This document shows positions 1-12,400 of a DNA stretch of 64,000 bases, piece by piece (the stretch's first letter is position 1; each line of letters begins with the position of its first letter). Source of the stretch: Syntrophales bacterium. Its GTDB lineage: Bacteria > Desulfobacterota > Syntrophia > Syntrophales > PHBD01. The notes beneath the pieces are model-generated. The model made no database searches, was not told the origin of the DNA, and saw only the letters and a list, made by a program, of their open reading frames with translations. Position numbers and translations under genes: made by a program. The DNA lies in assembly GCA_963668175.1 (NCBI GenBank), contig OY764159.1, forward strand, positions 1,504,001-1,568,000, in the 5' to 3' direction.

Positions 1-1699
1 TGCCGTCCTCGTTGATGACGAGGTTGACATAGAAATCCGCCAGGGCGATCTGCCTGATGTCGATCGAGAGGGGGTTATAGCCGGCGCGGATGTCGCTGAA
101 GAAGAGGGACTTCCATTTCAGGAACGTTTCGGCGTTGACCTTGTCGATGGCGTTGAAGCGGGAGATCAGGAGCTTGCCCGCGTATTTGGCCGCCAGCCCC
201 TTCGCCCCCTGGTGGGCGATGGTAACGTTGCCCGCCGCGTTAATGCCGCCGCTCGTGATGTTGATCCTGATCTTGTCGTTGAAATAGCCCTGGACGGTCC
301 GGATGTCGATGTCGTTCAATTTCAAGGCCAGTTCCGCCGCCAGCGGATCGATGCCGAAGGGGCCGGTCACCGCTATGGTTCCCTTCTTGTCGTAATTGAC
401 GGCGAAGTTGAGGTTCGCTTTGCTCTCCTTCTTGGTGGAAAAGTTGTCGACGGCGATGTTCATCTTGGTCAGGGCCACCGACACCGGCTGTGCCGGCGTC
501 TCGTCCTTGAAACGGACCGTGCCGTCGGCGATCTGCAGGGCGTCCGCCGTAAGAAGCACGGGCCCGGCAGATGCGGACTCCTTGGCGGCGGTTTCCTTCC
601 GGGCCTGGTCCTTGACCGGGGCCTTCTTTCTGTCCGGTTCCTTCGCCTTCGCCGGCGGTTCCTTGGCTTTTTTCCCCGGAATGACGGCCAGAAGGTTGAC
701 GGTGCCGTCCTTGGCCCGGTGGACGGTCACGTCCGGCTGGGCGAGGGTGATCTTGGCGAAATGGAAGGTCGGCACCAGCGGCTGGGCGTCGGCGATTGTG
801 ATATTGAGGGCAGGCAGCTTCACGAGCGGCTGGCCCTTCTTGTCGTCGAGGACGAAGTTCTTGAGGGCCACGTCCCCCTTGAGGGCCAGGGCCGGGGCGG
901 GCTTGTTCTTGTCCCGGGACTGGGAGAAGGAGAGCTCCAGGTCCGTGTCCAGTGTTCCGCTCGCAAGCTTGAAATTCATTTCGACGGGCACGTAGGCCAG
1001 GTAGAAGGGGATGTTGAAATCCTTGATCTTGACGTCGAATGTCGTGGCACGGGTGTCGGCAAAGGGCTTGGTCTTGCCCTTGAGGGCATACGGCGTTCCG
1101 TTGATCGTGGCGGAAATGACAGGCTCCGTGTATTGGTCGATCCGGTAAGCCATGTTGGAAACGAAGGGAAGTGCCACCAGGATGTCGGCGACTCTGTGTT
1201 TGGTGCGGTTGGGTCCGTCGTCGAAATCGACGGCCCCCCCCTCGATCCTGATGTTGTTCAGGGAGAACTGGAAGGGCTCGGACGGCTTCTCCTTTTCCGC
1301 CTCCTTCTTCTCGGCGGCGGGCTTCGCGAGCAGGTCGGAGAAGTTGTACGATCCGTCTGCGTTGCGGACGACCTTGGCGTAGGGTTTCTTGAGGCTGATC
1401 TCTTTCAGGATCAGCGCCCTCCGGAAGACGGAAGTCGAATCGAGATTGACGTACAGCTCGTCGAAAGAGACGAAGACCTCGGGGCCGGAGGGCTCCTTAA
1501 TCTCGAACCCGCGTACCGTCACGGAAAGAGCATAAGGATTGATCCCGATCTCTTTGATCGTAACCGTCCGGTGGATGGCCTGGGATAATTTGTCGGTCAG
1601 AACGGATTTGACGATAGGGGGAAGGACGAAGAAACCTACGATGGAAAAGACCGCGAAGAAAACGGCCGTCCAAATGAGGATTTTCTTCCAGCGTCTCAT
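1..1699 (-). CDS. DUF748/AsmA-like envelope protein, 3' end beyond window edge
   Basis: Absent from ORF track (runs off the edge). Read by hand: ATG at 1699 after GGAGG; MRRWKKILIWTAVFFAVFSIVGFFVLPPIVK...INPYALSVTVRGF...RNADGSYNFSDLL, a typical DUF748 N-terminus with an anchor helix. Confidence 0.8.
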   Translation of the reverse strand, partial: MRRWKKILIWTAVFFAVFSIVGFFVLPPIVKSVLTDKLSQAIHRTVTIKEIGINPYALSVTVRGFEIKEPSGPEVFVSFDELYVNLDSTSVFRRALILKEISLKKPYAKVVRNADGSYNFSDLLAKPAAEKKEAEKEKPSEPFQFSLNNIRIEGGAVDFDDGPNRTKHRVADILVALPFVSNMAYRIDQYTEPVISATINGTPYALKGKTKPFADTRATTFDVKIKDFNIPFYLAYVPVEMNFKLASGTLDTDLELSFSQSRDKNKPAPALALKGDVALKNFVLDDKKGQPLVKLPALNITIADAQPLVPTFHFAKITLAQPDVTVHRAKDGTVNLLAVIPGKKAKEPPAKAKEPDRKKAPVKDQARKETAAKESASAGPVLLTADALQIADGTVRFKDETPAQPVSVALTKMNIAVDNFSTKKESKANLNFAVNYDKKGTIAVTGPFGIDPLAAELALKLNDIDIRTVQGYFNDKIRINITSGGINAAGNVTIAHQGAKGLAAKYAGKLLISRFNAIDKVNAETFLKWKSLFFSDIRAGYNPLSIDIRQIALADFYVNLVINEDG

Positions 1700-1827
1700 C
1701 GTTGCATCCTCCTTTGTCTGCGTTGTCGTGGTTGAGGGCTGATCGTCCGCTATATTCTCGAAAAATATCTTCTCACAGGAATGGCCGTTTTGCAACGGCC
1801 TTTACATAAAGCCGTACCGGTTCATGC

Positions 1828-3144
1828 TCATATGTCCCGCAGGCGCAGATTGGCGGGCGAGGAGGCAATCAGGTCCCCAAAGGTCCGGATGCTCTGGGCA
1901 ATCGTCTCCAGGTCCTTGTTCCGGGCGACGGGAATGTTGTCGATGCCCCGGCCTTCCAACGCGTCGAGGACGTATTTGACGGTCAGAAGATTCGTGTCGA
2001 GGGCCGGCTGATAGGCGGCGGGACCGTCTGCGGGTGTTACCGTCGTAATGATGCCGCAGGTTTCAAGCCCGTCGAGAATCTCGGCAAGGAGTTTCCCCGG
2101 GATCTCCGTGGTCCGGGCGATGTCGTTCGCCGTGAGATGGGGCGGGGAGGCGCCGAATTGTCTGCATACAAGGTGCGTCACCCAAAGGGAGAGGAGCTTC
2201 CGGAAGGCGGGATTGACCAGCCGTGTGTCGGGTTCGTATTCGTAAAAATCCGCGTGCTGATGGGCCTGGGCGATCTCGGCCCCGGCGAGGACGATGAGCC
2301 AGCTCAACTGGAGCCAGGCCAGAAAGAGCGGCAGCGCCGCAAAACTGCCGTAAATGGCGTTATAGGAGGCGACGCCGACCTGGAACTTGATGTAGATCCA
2401 CTGGACGACCTGGTAGCCGGTTCCGGCGAAGATGCCGGCGACGATGCCCGAAGTCAGGCCGACTTTCGTATTGGGAATGAAGACGTAGATGAAGGCGAAG
2501 AGAAACCACATGATGGCGAAGGGCACGGCCTTCAGGATGAAGAGGAGGATGGGTTTCAGCGCCCCCAGGATTTCCAGCCTGGCGGCGAGAAAGGATATCT
2601 GTGTGGCGGCGAAAACCGTGGCGCTGCTCGCAAGGACGAATAGCACCGGGGCGATGAGCATGAGAGAGAGGTAGTCGGTGGCCATCCGGGGCAGGGGGCG
2701 GGCCTTTTTTACGCCCCAGATATCGTTGAAGGAGCTTTCGATGTTGCCCAAAAGCTTGAGGAAGGTCCAGAACAGGATGATCACGCCGATGCCGGCGATC
2801 AGCCCCCCCTTGGTGTTTTCCAGCATCTTGTCCGCGAATTCGAATACCTTGAGCAGGACCTCTTCCTGCCCGGCGAATTCCGAGAGGAGCCTTTGCTGGA
2901 GCATCTTTTCGAAATGGAAGCCTTTGGCGATGCCGAAGGCCATGGCGACGACCGGGACGATGGAGAGGAGCGAGAAGAAGGTGAGCGCCGAGGCCCGCAA
3001 CGGGCACCTGTGTTCGTCGAAGCCCCGCCGTGCGGCAAGCAGAACACGGAGGGATGTTATGCCCAGGGCTTTCCCTTTCGGCAAGGCCCTCGTGCGGATG
3101 CGCCAGATGTCTTCGCTGAGGAAACGGATGATTTTCCTGATCAT
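1828..3144 (-). CDS. YihY/virulence factor BrkB family inner membrane protein with C-terminal winged HTH
   Basis: ASALTFFSLLSIVP and YNAIYGSFAALPLFLAWLQLSWLIVLAGAE motifs; C-terminal LTANDIARTTEIP HTH-like segment. Confidence 0.9.
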   Translation of the reverse strand: MIRKIIRFLSEDIWRIRTRALPKGKALGITSLRVLLAARRGFDEHRCPLRASALTFFSLLSIVPVVAMAFGIAKGFHFEKMLQQRLLSEFAGQEEVLLKVFEFADKMLENTKGGLIAGIGVIILFWTFLKLLGNIESSFNDIWGVKKARPLPRMATDYLSLMLIAPVLFVLASSATVFAATQISFLAARLEILGALKPILLFILKAVPFAIMWFLFAFIYVFIPNTKVGLTSGIVAGIFAGTGYQVVQWIYIKFQVGVASYNAIYGSFAALPLFLAWLQLSWLIVLAGAEIAQAHQHADFYEYEPDTRLVNPAFRKLLSLWVTHLVCRQFGASPPHLTANDIARTTEIPGKLLAEILDGLETCGIITTVTPADGPAAYQPALDTNLLTVKYVLDALEGRGIDNIPVARNKDLETIAQSIRTFGDLIASSPANLRLRDI

Positions 3145-3171
3145 GGCGGCCTCCTCCCGAATGCGGGCCCG

Positions 3172-3474
3172 TCAGGGCCGGGTGTGTTTGCGGATGAAGT
3201 GCCGGAGCGCATGGAGGGGATGGCGGTAGAGCATCCGTGGGCCTGCATACCGCATCACGTCCTGGATACGCCGGCGCATCTCCGGTTTATAGCAATGGAT
3301 GGGGCAGCGCGAGCAGACAGGCTTGTCGGGACCGAAAGCGCACTTCGTAACCCTTTGCGCGGCGTATCGAAGCAGGTCCTCGCAGTCGGAACAGGGCCGG
3401 CGGTGATGGCGCCGGCAATAGATCCCGATCATCAGGCCGACTGTCTCTATTTCCCGGTCTCTCTGGTCGGTCAT
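3172..3474 (-). CDS. Nitrous-oxide-stimulated promoter (YgbA-like) family protein
   Basis: MIGIYCRRHH...C..C..L..YA..R...C.FG.DKP.C..CPIHCYKP...VMRYAGPRML..HP pattern. Confidence 0.85.
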   Translation of the reverse strand: MTDQRDREIETVGLMIGIYCRRHHRRPCSDCEDLLRYAAQRVTKCAFGPDKPVCSRCPIHCYKPEMRRRIQDVMRYAGPRMLYRHPLHALRHFIRKHTRP

Positions 3475-3498
3475 GGCGGAGGCCGTACGGGAAGGCCG

Positions 3499-3681
3499 TT
3501 ATTTTTTCTTGGCCTTTACGAGGTCGTCGTGGACGCGTTTCATCTCGTCCATTAGTTCCTCTTTGGATATTACGCCTTTTTGCGCAAGGAGGTTGGTGAT
3601 GGCCTCGGACTGGATCACCATGGACATCATGAGCTCCTGCATCTCTTTCAATTTTTCCCGTTGGTCGGTTTTTTCCGTCAT
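3499..3681 (-). CDS. Small hypothetical protein
   Basis: Helical ORF (EAITNLLAQKGVISKEELMDEMKR) co-oriented with neighbours; start may instead be 3711. Confidence 0.65.
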   Translation of the reverse strand: MTEKTDQREKLKEMQELMMSMVIQSEAITNLLAQKGVISKEELMDEMKRVHDDLVKAKKK

Positions 3682-3736
3682 AAATAACGTCTCTTTCTTT
3701 TGGCGCGGCATCGTGAGGATATTGCCGCCGCGAATC

Positions 3737-3925
3737 TTATTGGATGGGCGTGATCGATTGCCTCATTTTGGCGCCGCATTCCCGGCAATAAACGGCGGGT
3801 TTCTCGGCGATGGGCTTGCCGCAGGCCGGACACTGTTTCAGGAGTTCGGTCCGGCAATACTCACACAGGATCCTTTCCCTGTCATCCGTTGTATAGGCGC
3901 ATTCCGGGCAAATGGCATAGTACAC
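3737..3925 (-). CDS. Double zinc-ribbon protein
   Basis: Four CxxC pairs (CPEC, CEYC, CPAC, CREC) in 62 aa; GTG start. Confidence 0.75.
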   Translation of the reverse strand: MYYAICPECAYTTDDRERILCEYCRTELLKQCPACGKPIAEKPAVYCRECGAKMRQSITPIQ

Positions 3926-4154
3926 GAGGCAACCTTAAAAATCTTCATTTCTCACTGGATTCTATCAAGTTATGGCCTGCAACGCGAGCACTATTTTCGG
4001 TGCGCCGGATGGCGGCAGGATCGTTTTCCCGCGTCTCCGACGTTGCGGCCGTGTTAACGTTTCGTTAAGATTCGACAACGGGTTGATTTTTGTCTGACAA
4101 TGTGTCATAGGCTTATCACGCCAAAGGCGGTGTGAAAACGGGGCGTCACGGTAA

Positions 4155-5153
<999 letters not shown>

Positions 5154-5157
5154 AAGA

Positions 5158-6579
5158 ATGAACCACGTCTACGCCGTGATCATGGCGGGGGGTGCCGGGA
5201 CCCGTTTCTGGCCCCTGTCGCGGGAAAAGATGCCGAAGCAGCTCCTGCGCATTTTTTCCGACGATACGATGATCCAGGAAACCGTGAAGCGCATCCTGCC
5301 GCTTGTGGCGCGGGAGCGCATCCGCATCGTGGCGACGGCCGAACTGGCCGAGGCCATCGGCTTGCAGTTGACGGAAAAATTCGGCGGAAGCTGGCGGGAC
5401 AACTTTATTGCCGAGCCCGAGGCGAAAAACACGGCGCCGGCGCTGGGATTGGCCGCCGTCCACCTCGCCCTCACGGACCCCGAGAGCGTCATGATCGTGC
5501 TTGCGGCCGACCACTTTATCCGGGAGGAGGCCCTCTTCCTTCGCCTCCTCGGGACCGCCGTTGCCGCTGCCGGTCAAGGCATGCTGGTCACACTGGGAAT
5601 CACGCCGGACCGTCCCGAAACGGGCTACGGCTATATCCGGGCCGGGGAGCCATGCATGGAGGCGGAGGCCGGGGGGGTCCGCAAGGTGGAGGCCTTCGTG
5701 GAAAAGCCCGATCTTGCCACGGCCCGGGATTATCTGCAAAGCGGCAGGTATCTGTGGAACAGCGGCATGTTCGTCTGGCGGACGGACGCCTTCCTCGCGG
5801 AGTTGGCCGTCCATCAGCCGTCGCTTTATCAGGGACTTGAGGAAATAAGAAACCGGAACGGCGATCCGCAGGCGGCGCGCGAGGTGTTCCGGAGTATTAA
5901 AGGCATTTCGGTCGATCATGCCGTCATGGAAAAAACCGGACGGTCCGCCGTCATACCCGCGGCCATCGGCTGGTCCGACGTGGGAAGCTGGGGGGCCGTT
6001 GCAGACGTAGCTCCGGGCGATTCTGCCGGGAACGTCATTGCCGGGAACGTCCTCGCCATAGGGAGCGAACGGTCCGTCATTTACGGCGACAAACGCGTCG
6101 TGGCGGCGATCGGCCTTGCCGATACGATCGTCGTCGATACGCCGGACGCCCTCCTGGTCTGCGGCAAGGACAAGGTCCAGGACGTCAAGCTGGCCGTGGA
6201 CGAATTGAAGAAGCGCGGCGCCCCGGAAGTTGTTTTTCCCGGCACCGTCCGGCGTCCGTGGGGCACTTACACGGTCCTTGAGGAAGGCGAGCGGTTCAAG
6301 GTCAAGAAGATCACGGTGGACCCGGGCGCACGGCTCTCCCTTCAGTATCACGAACACCGGAGCGAGCACTGGACCGTCGTTGCGGGCCGGGCCCGCGTTA
6401 CGAACGGCGACGGCGTCTTCGATCTCGACGAGGGCGAAGGCACCTTTATCGGCGTGAAGGCGAAACACCGCCTGGAAAACAAGGGTACGGAAACTCTCGC
6501 CGTCATCGAAGTGCAGTACGGCGAGAGATTGGAAGAAGAAGACATCGTCCGCCTGGACGACGATTACGACAGGGTTTGA
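5158..6579 (+). CDS. manC: Mannose-1-phosphate guanylyltransferase/mannose-6-phosphate isomerase
   Basis: AGGAGTRFWPLSR..PKQ, PETGYGYI, WSDVGSW; C-terminal cupin RPWG...LSLQYHEHRSEHW. Confidence 0.95.
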   Translation: MNHVYAVIMAGGAGTRFWPLSREKMPKQLLRIFSDDTMIQETVKRILPLVARERIRIVATAELAEAIGLQLTEKFGGSWRDNFIAEPEAKNTAPALGLAAVHLALTDPESVMIVLAADHFIREEALFLRLLGTAVAAAGQGMLVTLGITPDRPETGYGYIRAGEPCMEAEAGGVRKVEAFVEKPDLATARDYLQSGRYLWNSGMFVWRTDAFLAELAVHQPSLYQGLEEIRNRNGDPQAAREVFRSIKGISVDHAVMEKTGRSAVIPAAIGWSDVGSWGAVADVAPGDSAGNVIAGNVLAIGSERSVIYGDKRVVAAIGLADTIVVDTPDALLVCGKDKVQDVKLAVDELKKRGAPEVVFPGTVRRPWGTYTVLEEGERFKVKKITVDPGARLSLQYHEHRSEHWTVVAGRARVTNGDGVFDLDEGEGTFIGVKAKHRLENKGTETLAVIEVQYGERLEEEDIVRLDDDYDRV

Positions 6580-6609
6580 AAAGAACGATATCGGGAGAAC
6601 GCTTAGATC

Positions 6610-7635
6610 ATGAAGACGGCTTTGATTACAGGCATCACCGGGCAGGACGGCTCCTATCTGGCCGAGCTGCTTTTGGACAAGGGATACACCGTGCACGGGC
6701 TCATCCGCCGGTCCAGCACGTTCAATACGGACCGGATCGATCACCTTTACCGGGATTTGCACGATCCCGAGGCGCGGATCTACCTCCACTACGGCGATCT
6801 CAGCGTTTCCGGTTCCCTGACGGATTTCCTGCACGCCATCCGGCCAGACGAGATTTATCATCTCGGTGCCCAGAGCCACGTCCGCGTGAGCTTCGACATG
6901 CCCGAGTATACGGCGGACATCACGGGCCTGGGGACGCTGCGGCTCCTGGAGGCCATCCGCAAGACGGGAATTCCCGCGAAGTTCTACCAAGCCTCCTCCA
7001 GCGAGATGTTCGGGGCGGCGCCGCCGCCGCAGCACGAGCTGACGCCCTTTCAGCCCCAGAGCCCCTACGCGGCGGCCAAGGTCTTCGCCTACTACGTAGT
7101 GAAGAACTATCGGGAGGCCTACAAGATGTTCGCAGCCAACGGCATCCTCTTCAACCACGAATCGCCGAGACGGGGCGAAACCTTCGTGACCCGGAAGATC
7201 ACCCGGGCGGCAACGAGGATCAAGCTGGGGCTTCAGAAGAAACTTTATCTCGGCAACCTGGACGCCAAGCGGGACTGGGGGTTCGCCGGGGATTACGTCG
7301 AGGCCATGTGGCTCATGCTCCAGCAGGACGCGCCCGACGATTACGTCATCGCCCTGGGCGAGACGCACTCCGTCCGGGAGTTCGTCGAGAAGGTCTTTCA
7401 GAAACTGGACATGGACTATCGCGATTACGTGGAAATCGACGCCCGGTATTTCCGCCCGACGGAGGTCGACGTCCTTTTGGGCGATTCCGGCAAGGCCAGA
7501 AAAAAACTCGGCTGGGAGCCGAAAGTCACGTTCGATATGCTGGTGGAGATGATGGTGGCTTCCGACATGGAGCAGGCCAAGAGGGAAAAGACGCTCCTCG
7601 ATGCCGGTTACGGATGCGGCAACGGCAGGCTGTGA
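6610..7635 (+). CDS. gmd: GDP-mannose 4,6-dehydratase
   Basis: [58 protein letters not shown]. Confidence 0.97.
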   Translation: MKTALITGITGQDGSYLAELLLDKGYTVHGLIRRSSTFNTDRIDHLYRDLHDPEARIYLHYGDLSVSGSLTDFLHAIRPDEIYHLGAQSHVRVSFDMPEYTADITGLGTLRLLEAIRKTGIPAKFYQASSSEMFGAAPPPQHELTPFQPQSPYAAAKVFAYYVVKNYREAYKMFAANGILFNHESPRRGETFVTRKITRAATRIKLGLQKKLYLGNLDAKRDWGFAGDYVEAMWLMLQQDAPDDYVIALGETHSVREFVEKVFQKLDMDYRDYVEIDARYFRPTEVDVLLGDSGKARKKLGWEPKVTFDMLVEMMVASDMEQAKREKTLLDAGYGCGNGRL

Positions 7636-8598
<963 letters not shown>

Positions 8599-8660
8599 TC
8601 GTTGCCGTTCGGTGCATGATATAAAGACAGAATGCAGAAACAGAGAATGAGGAAAATACC

Positions 8661-9989
8661 ATGAAGAAGACTTCCATGAGAAAAGAAAACGGGTCGGCGA
8701 CGATCGTTCAAAAAATTAAAACAAAAAAAGCGCAAATTGGCGTCATCGGCTTAGGGTATGTAGGACTGCCGCTCGTCATCGAGTTCTGCCGGGCGGGCTT
8801 CCGGGTCACGGGGTTCGACGTCGACGGTACGAAGGTGTCGATGCTTAAAGAAGGCAAGAGCTATATCAAGCATATCGATGCGTCCAAGCTCGCCCAGCCC
8901 TTCATGAGCCGCTTCCGGCCGACAAACGATTTTTCGGCGCTGCGGTCCATGGACTGCATCGTCGTCTGCGTTCCCACGCCGCTCAACAAGAACCGCGAGC
9001 CGGATATGCAGTATGTCTTCAGCACGACGGAAACCATCGCCAAGTATCTGCGGAAGGGGCAGCTCATCTCCCTCGAATCGACGACCTACCCGGGGACGAC
9101 GGACGAAGACATGCGGGCGATCCTCGAAGAATCGGGACTCAAAGCGGGCAGGGATTTTCACCTGGCCTTCTCGCCCGAGCGGGAAGACCCCAACAACACC
9201 GATTTCAGCGTGCGGACCATTCCCAAGGTCGTCGGCGGCTACACGGACCGCTGCCTGAAGGCGGCCGTCGCCCTCTACGACCAGATCGTCGAGAAGACGG
9301 TGCCCGTTTCGTCCACGCGCGTGGCCGAATCGACCAAGCTCCTGGAGAATATCTACCGTTCGGTGAACATCGCCCTGGTCAACGAGCTCAAGATGCTCTT
9401 CGACCGGATGGGCATCAACGTCTGGGAGGTCATCGACGCGGCCCGGACCAAGCCTTTCGGCTACCAGGCCTTCTATCCGGGGCCCGGCCTCGGCGGACAC
9501 TGCATCCCCATCGACCCGTTCTATCTCACCTGGAAGGCCCGGGAATATGAATTCAGCACGCGGTTCATCGAGCTTGCCGGGGAGATCAATACGTCCATGC
9601 CCGATTTCGTCGTCTCGAAGGTCATGAAGGCCTTAAACGAACGAGGACGGCATCTGAAGGGCGCGAAGATCCTCCTCCTGGGACTTGCCTATAAAGCCAA
9701 CGTGGACGACGACCGGGAATCGCCGTCTTATCACCTGATCGAGAAACTGGAGAAACTGGGAGCCAAGGTGTCCTACAATGATCCCTATATCCCGGTGATC
9801 CGGCCGTCCCGCGAGTACGCCCATTACGCCGGCCGGAAGTCCGTGCCGGTCAGCAAGCGTTTCGATCTTATCCTGATTTCAACGCCCCATGACGCCTACC
9901 GGACGATCGACTTCAAGGCCCTGGGCGTTCCCGTCGTCGACACGCGGAACGTCGTCAAAAAGGCGGGGAGCTTCCTGTATAAGGCCTGA
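8661..9989 (+). CDS. wbpA: UDP-N-acetyl-D-glucosamine 6-dehydrogenase (nucleotide sugar dehydrogenase)
   Basis: GLGYVGLPL, ESTTYPGTT, FSPEREDP, GPGLGGHCIPIDPFYLTWKAREY (WbpA-type signature). Confidence 0.85.
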   Translation: MKKTSMRKENGSATIVQKIKTKKAQIGVIGLGYVGLPLVIEFCRAGFRVTGFDVDGTKVSMLKEGKSYIKHIDASKLAQPFMSRFRPTNDFSALRSMDCIVVCVPTPLNKNREPDMQYVFSTTETIAKYLRKGQLISLESTTYPGTTDEDMRAILEESGLKAGRDFHLAFSPEREDPNNTDFSVRTIPKVVGGYTDRCLKAAVALYDQIVEKTVPVSSTRVAESTKLLENIYRSVNIALVNELKMLFDRMGINVWEVIDAARTKPFGYQAFYPGPGLGGHCIPIDPFYLTWKAREYEFSTRFIELAGEINTSMPDFVVSKVMKALNERGRHLKGAKILLLGLAYKANVDDDRESPSYHLIEKLEKLGAKVSYNDPYIPVIRPSREYAHYAGRKSVPVSKRFDLILISTPHDAYRTIDFKALGVPVVDTRNVVKKAGSFLYKA

Positions 9990-10055
9990 CGCCGAGACAG
10001 GGGACTGGAAGGATTACACAGAACAAACGGGGAAAGGAAAACAGCCAAGGTGTCA

Positions 10056-11084
10056 ATGGACGATTACCGCAGTATTGCAGACGGACTGATCAAAAAGCCG
10101 AGGAAATGGCTTGTCACGGGCGTGGCGGGCTTCATCGGCTCGAACCTCCTGGAGGCGCTCCTCAAGCTCGATCAGGAGGTCGTCGGCCTGGACAACTTTC
10201 TCACGGGCCACCGGCGGAACCTCGATGAAGTGCAATCCCTGGTGACGGATGCCCAGTGGCGACGTTTCGCTTTCAGGGAAGGCGATATCAGGGACCTGGA
10301 AACATGCCGGGAGGTCTGCCGTGGTGCGGACTCTGTCCTCCACCAGGCCGCCCTGGGTTCGGTCCCGCGGTCCGTGAAAAACCCCGTCGCCACGAACGAG
10401 AACAACCTTGTCGGCTTCCTGAACGTCATCCTTGCGGCCAAGGATGCCGGCGTGGGGCGCTTCGTCTTTGCGACGTCAAGTTCCGTCTACGGCGACCACC
10501 CGGACCTGCCCAAGGTGGAGGAGAAGGTCGGCCGTCCCCTTTCGCCCTACGCCGTGACGAAGAAGGTAAACGAGATCTATGCCGACGTCTTTGCGCGCTG
10601 CTACGGCTTCCGGACCATCGGACTGCGCTACTTCAACGTCTTCGGCCCCCGCCAGGACCCGAACGGCCCGTATGCCGCCGTCATTCCCAAGTGGTTTACC
10701 GATCTGGCCAAGGGCGAGAAGATTTTCATCAACGGCGACGGAGAAACGAGCCGCGATTTCTGCTTCGTGGAGAATGTCGTGCAGGCGAACCTGCTGGCGT
10801 CCTGCACGGAGAACGAAGAGGCCTTCAATCAGATCTACAACATCGCCTACGGCGAAAGGACGACGCTGAACGAGCTTTTTGCCCTGATCCGCGACGGCGT
10901 GGCGAAGAAGTATCCGGATGTCGCAAATGCCCGGCCCGTCTACAGGGAATTCCGCGAGGGGGACATCCGCCATTCCCTGGCCGACGTCGGCAAGGCGAAG
11001 CGGCTCCTCAAATACGATCCCCATTACTCCGTCCGCAGCGGCCTGGAGAAGGCCGGACTGTGGTACCTGGCCGACCGGGGATAA
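10056..11084 (+). CDS. wbpP: UDP-GlcNAc(A) C4-epimerase, WbpP/TviC type
   Basis: [62 protein letters not shown]; alternative GTG start at 10050. Confidence 0.88.
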   Translation: MDDYRSIADGLIKKPRKWLVTGVAGFIGSNLLEALLKLDQEVVGLDNFLTGHRRNLDEVQSLVTDAQWRRFAFREGDIRDLETCREVCRGADSVLHQAALGSVPRSVKNPVATNENNLVGFLNVILAAKDAGVGRFVFATSSSVYGDHPDLPKVEEKVGRPLSPYAVTKKVNEIYADVFARCYGFRTIGLRYFNVFGPRQDPNGPYAAVIPKWFTDLAKGEKIFINGDGETSRDFCFVENVVQANLLASCTENEEAFNQIYNIAYGERTTLNELFALIRDGVAKKYPDVANARPVYREFREGDIRHSLADVGKAKRLLKYDPHYSVRSGLEKAGLWYLADRG

Positions 11085-11280
11085 TGCCCGCACAGGGCCT
11101 CTCTCGTCATTCATGTGGAGATGTGACAGCGGGGAGAGGGATTGTCTGCTTCACCTACGAGTCAACGCATCATAATATAAAAGAAAATCAACAATAACCA
11201 CTTGCAGGGTAGAATAGATTTTGAGCAAAAGGCTTGCATCTCTTGAAATCTCCTTCGGTACGATCTGGTCCAAATGATTC

Positions 11281-11540
11281 CTGTTTGATCACGTAAACCG
11301 ATATATCTATGCCGATATTATTGACTATCGGTGTCCGTGTGCGGCCAGTCCCTTTTGACTGCGTCGTAAGAGTGTGATCCAATCTCATAAATACACAGCC
11401 TGCCATCCATATTGGTAACGCCATCCCGGTTGTTGCGGAGTCCTTGCAGAAGAACATGAGTGAACATCCTATCCTTGCCCTTGTGCCCGTCTATTGCTGT
11501 CCATGATAGAACTAGCCGTGGTAAATATTTGAAGACCTAT
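11281..11540 (-). pseudogene. Frameshifted remnant of a caspase-like (peptidase C14) C-terminal domain
   Basis: Hand translation across frames: IGLQIFTTASS / AIDGHKGKDRMFTHVLLQGLRNNRDGVTNMDGRLCIYEIG / GRTRTPIVNNIGIDISVY, resembling the C-terminus of bacterial WD40-caspase proteins. Confidence 0.5.
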
Positions 11541-11650
11541 AAAACGTCGCCGTCTGCATATGAAAATTCTTTTCTATGTCCTTTCCGTCCATAACCGCAT
11601 ACTAAAAATTGATAGAGCCGGCATGGAGTATCTTAAGAATAAAAAAGTTC

Positions 11651-11695
11651 TTGACAAGAATCCAACCTTAAGATACATAACGACCGGTCGGTATA
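11651..11695 (+). promoter_or_regulatory. -35 TTGACA plus TetR-type operator copy 1 (ATAACGACCGGTCGGTATA, 11677-11695)
   Basis: TTGACA at 11651-11656; palindromic core CGACCGGTCG; operator ends 24 bp before the tetR ATG. Confidence 0.8.
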
Positions 11696-11719
11696 AATAT
11701 CGCTTTTGGATGCAGCCAC

Positions 11720-12310
11720 ATGTCAGGTATAGCAACAAGACAAAATATCATAAATAAATCATTGCAGCTCTTTTCGGTGAAGGGTTACTTCAATACGTCC
11801 ATAAATGATATACTTCAAGTGACAGACCTGACGAAGGGGGGTCTTTACGGTCATTTCGACAGCAAAGAGGACGTTTGGTATGCCGTATATGATGAAGCCG
11901 CATTAATCTGGAAAGGGATCGTTTTCAGGGATGTGAAGAATATATCGGACCCTCTGGAGAGATTGGAAAAAGTTATAAGCAACCACTTGAAGAATTATAT
12001 CGGCGGAAGAGTCTTCAAGGGCGGTTGCTTCTTTCTGAACAGCATGATCGAGCTAGCCGGGCAATCAAGCGTCATGTGTCATCATGTTTCAAAAGGGTAT
12101 AAGCAATTTTCACGACTTTTTCTTGCGTGGTTGAAGGAAGCGGACCAAAAAGACCTTTTGAGAAAGGATCTTCATCTTGAAGAGATCAGCAATTTTATTC
12201 TTGTGACACTTAATGGTGCAGCAGCTCTCTATACATCTGGAACCAATGCCGCTATTCTGGACCAGACGATGAACCAACTACATTCCTTTATTGAGCAACT
12301 GAGGAAATGA
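11720..12310 (+). CDS. TetR/AcrR family transcriptional regulator
   Basis: N-terminal HTH LFSVKGYFNTSINDIL...LTKGGLYGHFDSKE; C-terminal GGCFF. Confidence 0.95.
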   Translation: MSGIATRQNIINKSLQLFSVKGYFNTSINDILQVTDLTKGGLYGHFDSKEDVWYAVYDEAALIWKGIVFRDVKNISDPLERLEKVISNHLKNYIGGRVFKGGCFFLNSMIELAGQSSVMCHHVSKGYKQFSRLFLAWLKEADQKDLLRKDLHLEEISNFILVTLNGAAALYTSGTNAAILDQTMNQLHSFIEQLRK

Positions 12311-12331
12311 GGAATTTTTTTTCAACATAAA

Positions 12332-12350
12332 TATACCGACCGGTCGTTAT
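12332..12350. promoter_or_regulatory. TetR-type operator copy 2 (TATACCGACCGGTCGTTAT)
   Basis: Exact reverse complement of copy 1; abuts possible extended -10 TGcTAATGT at 12350-12358, upstream of DUF169 gene. Confidence 0.8.
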
Positions 12351-12400
12351 GCTAATGTGGGAGATATATTGTACTGCTGTGTAAAATTGAAAGGAGTAGG

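Noticed and set aside
4120..4145. GGCGGTG upstream of galE as an ops/JUMPstart element
   Set aside because: It does not match GGCGGTAGnnTG.
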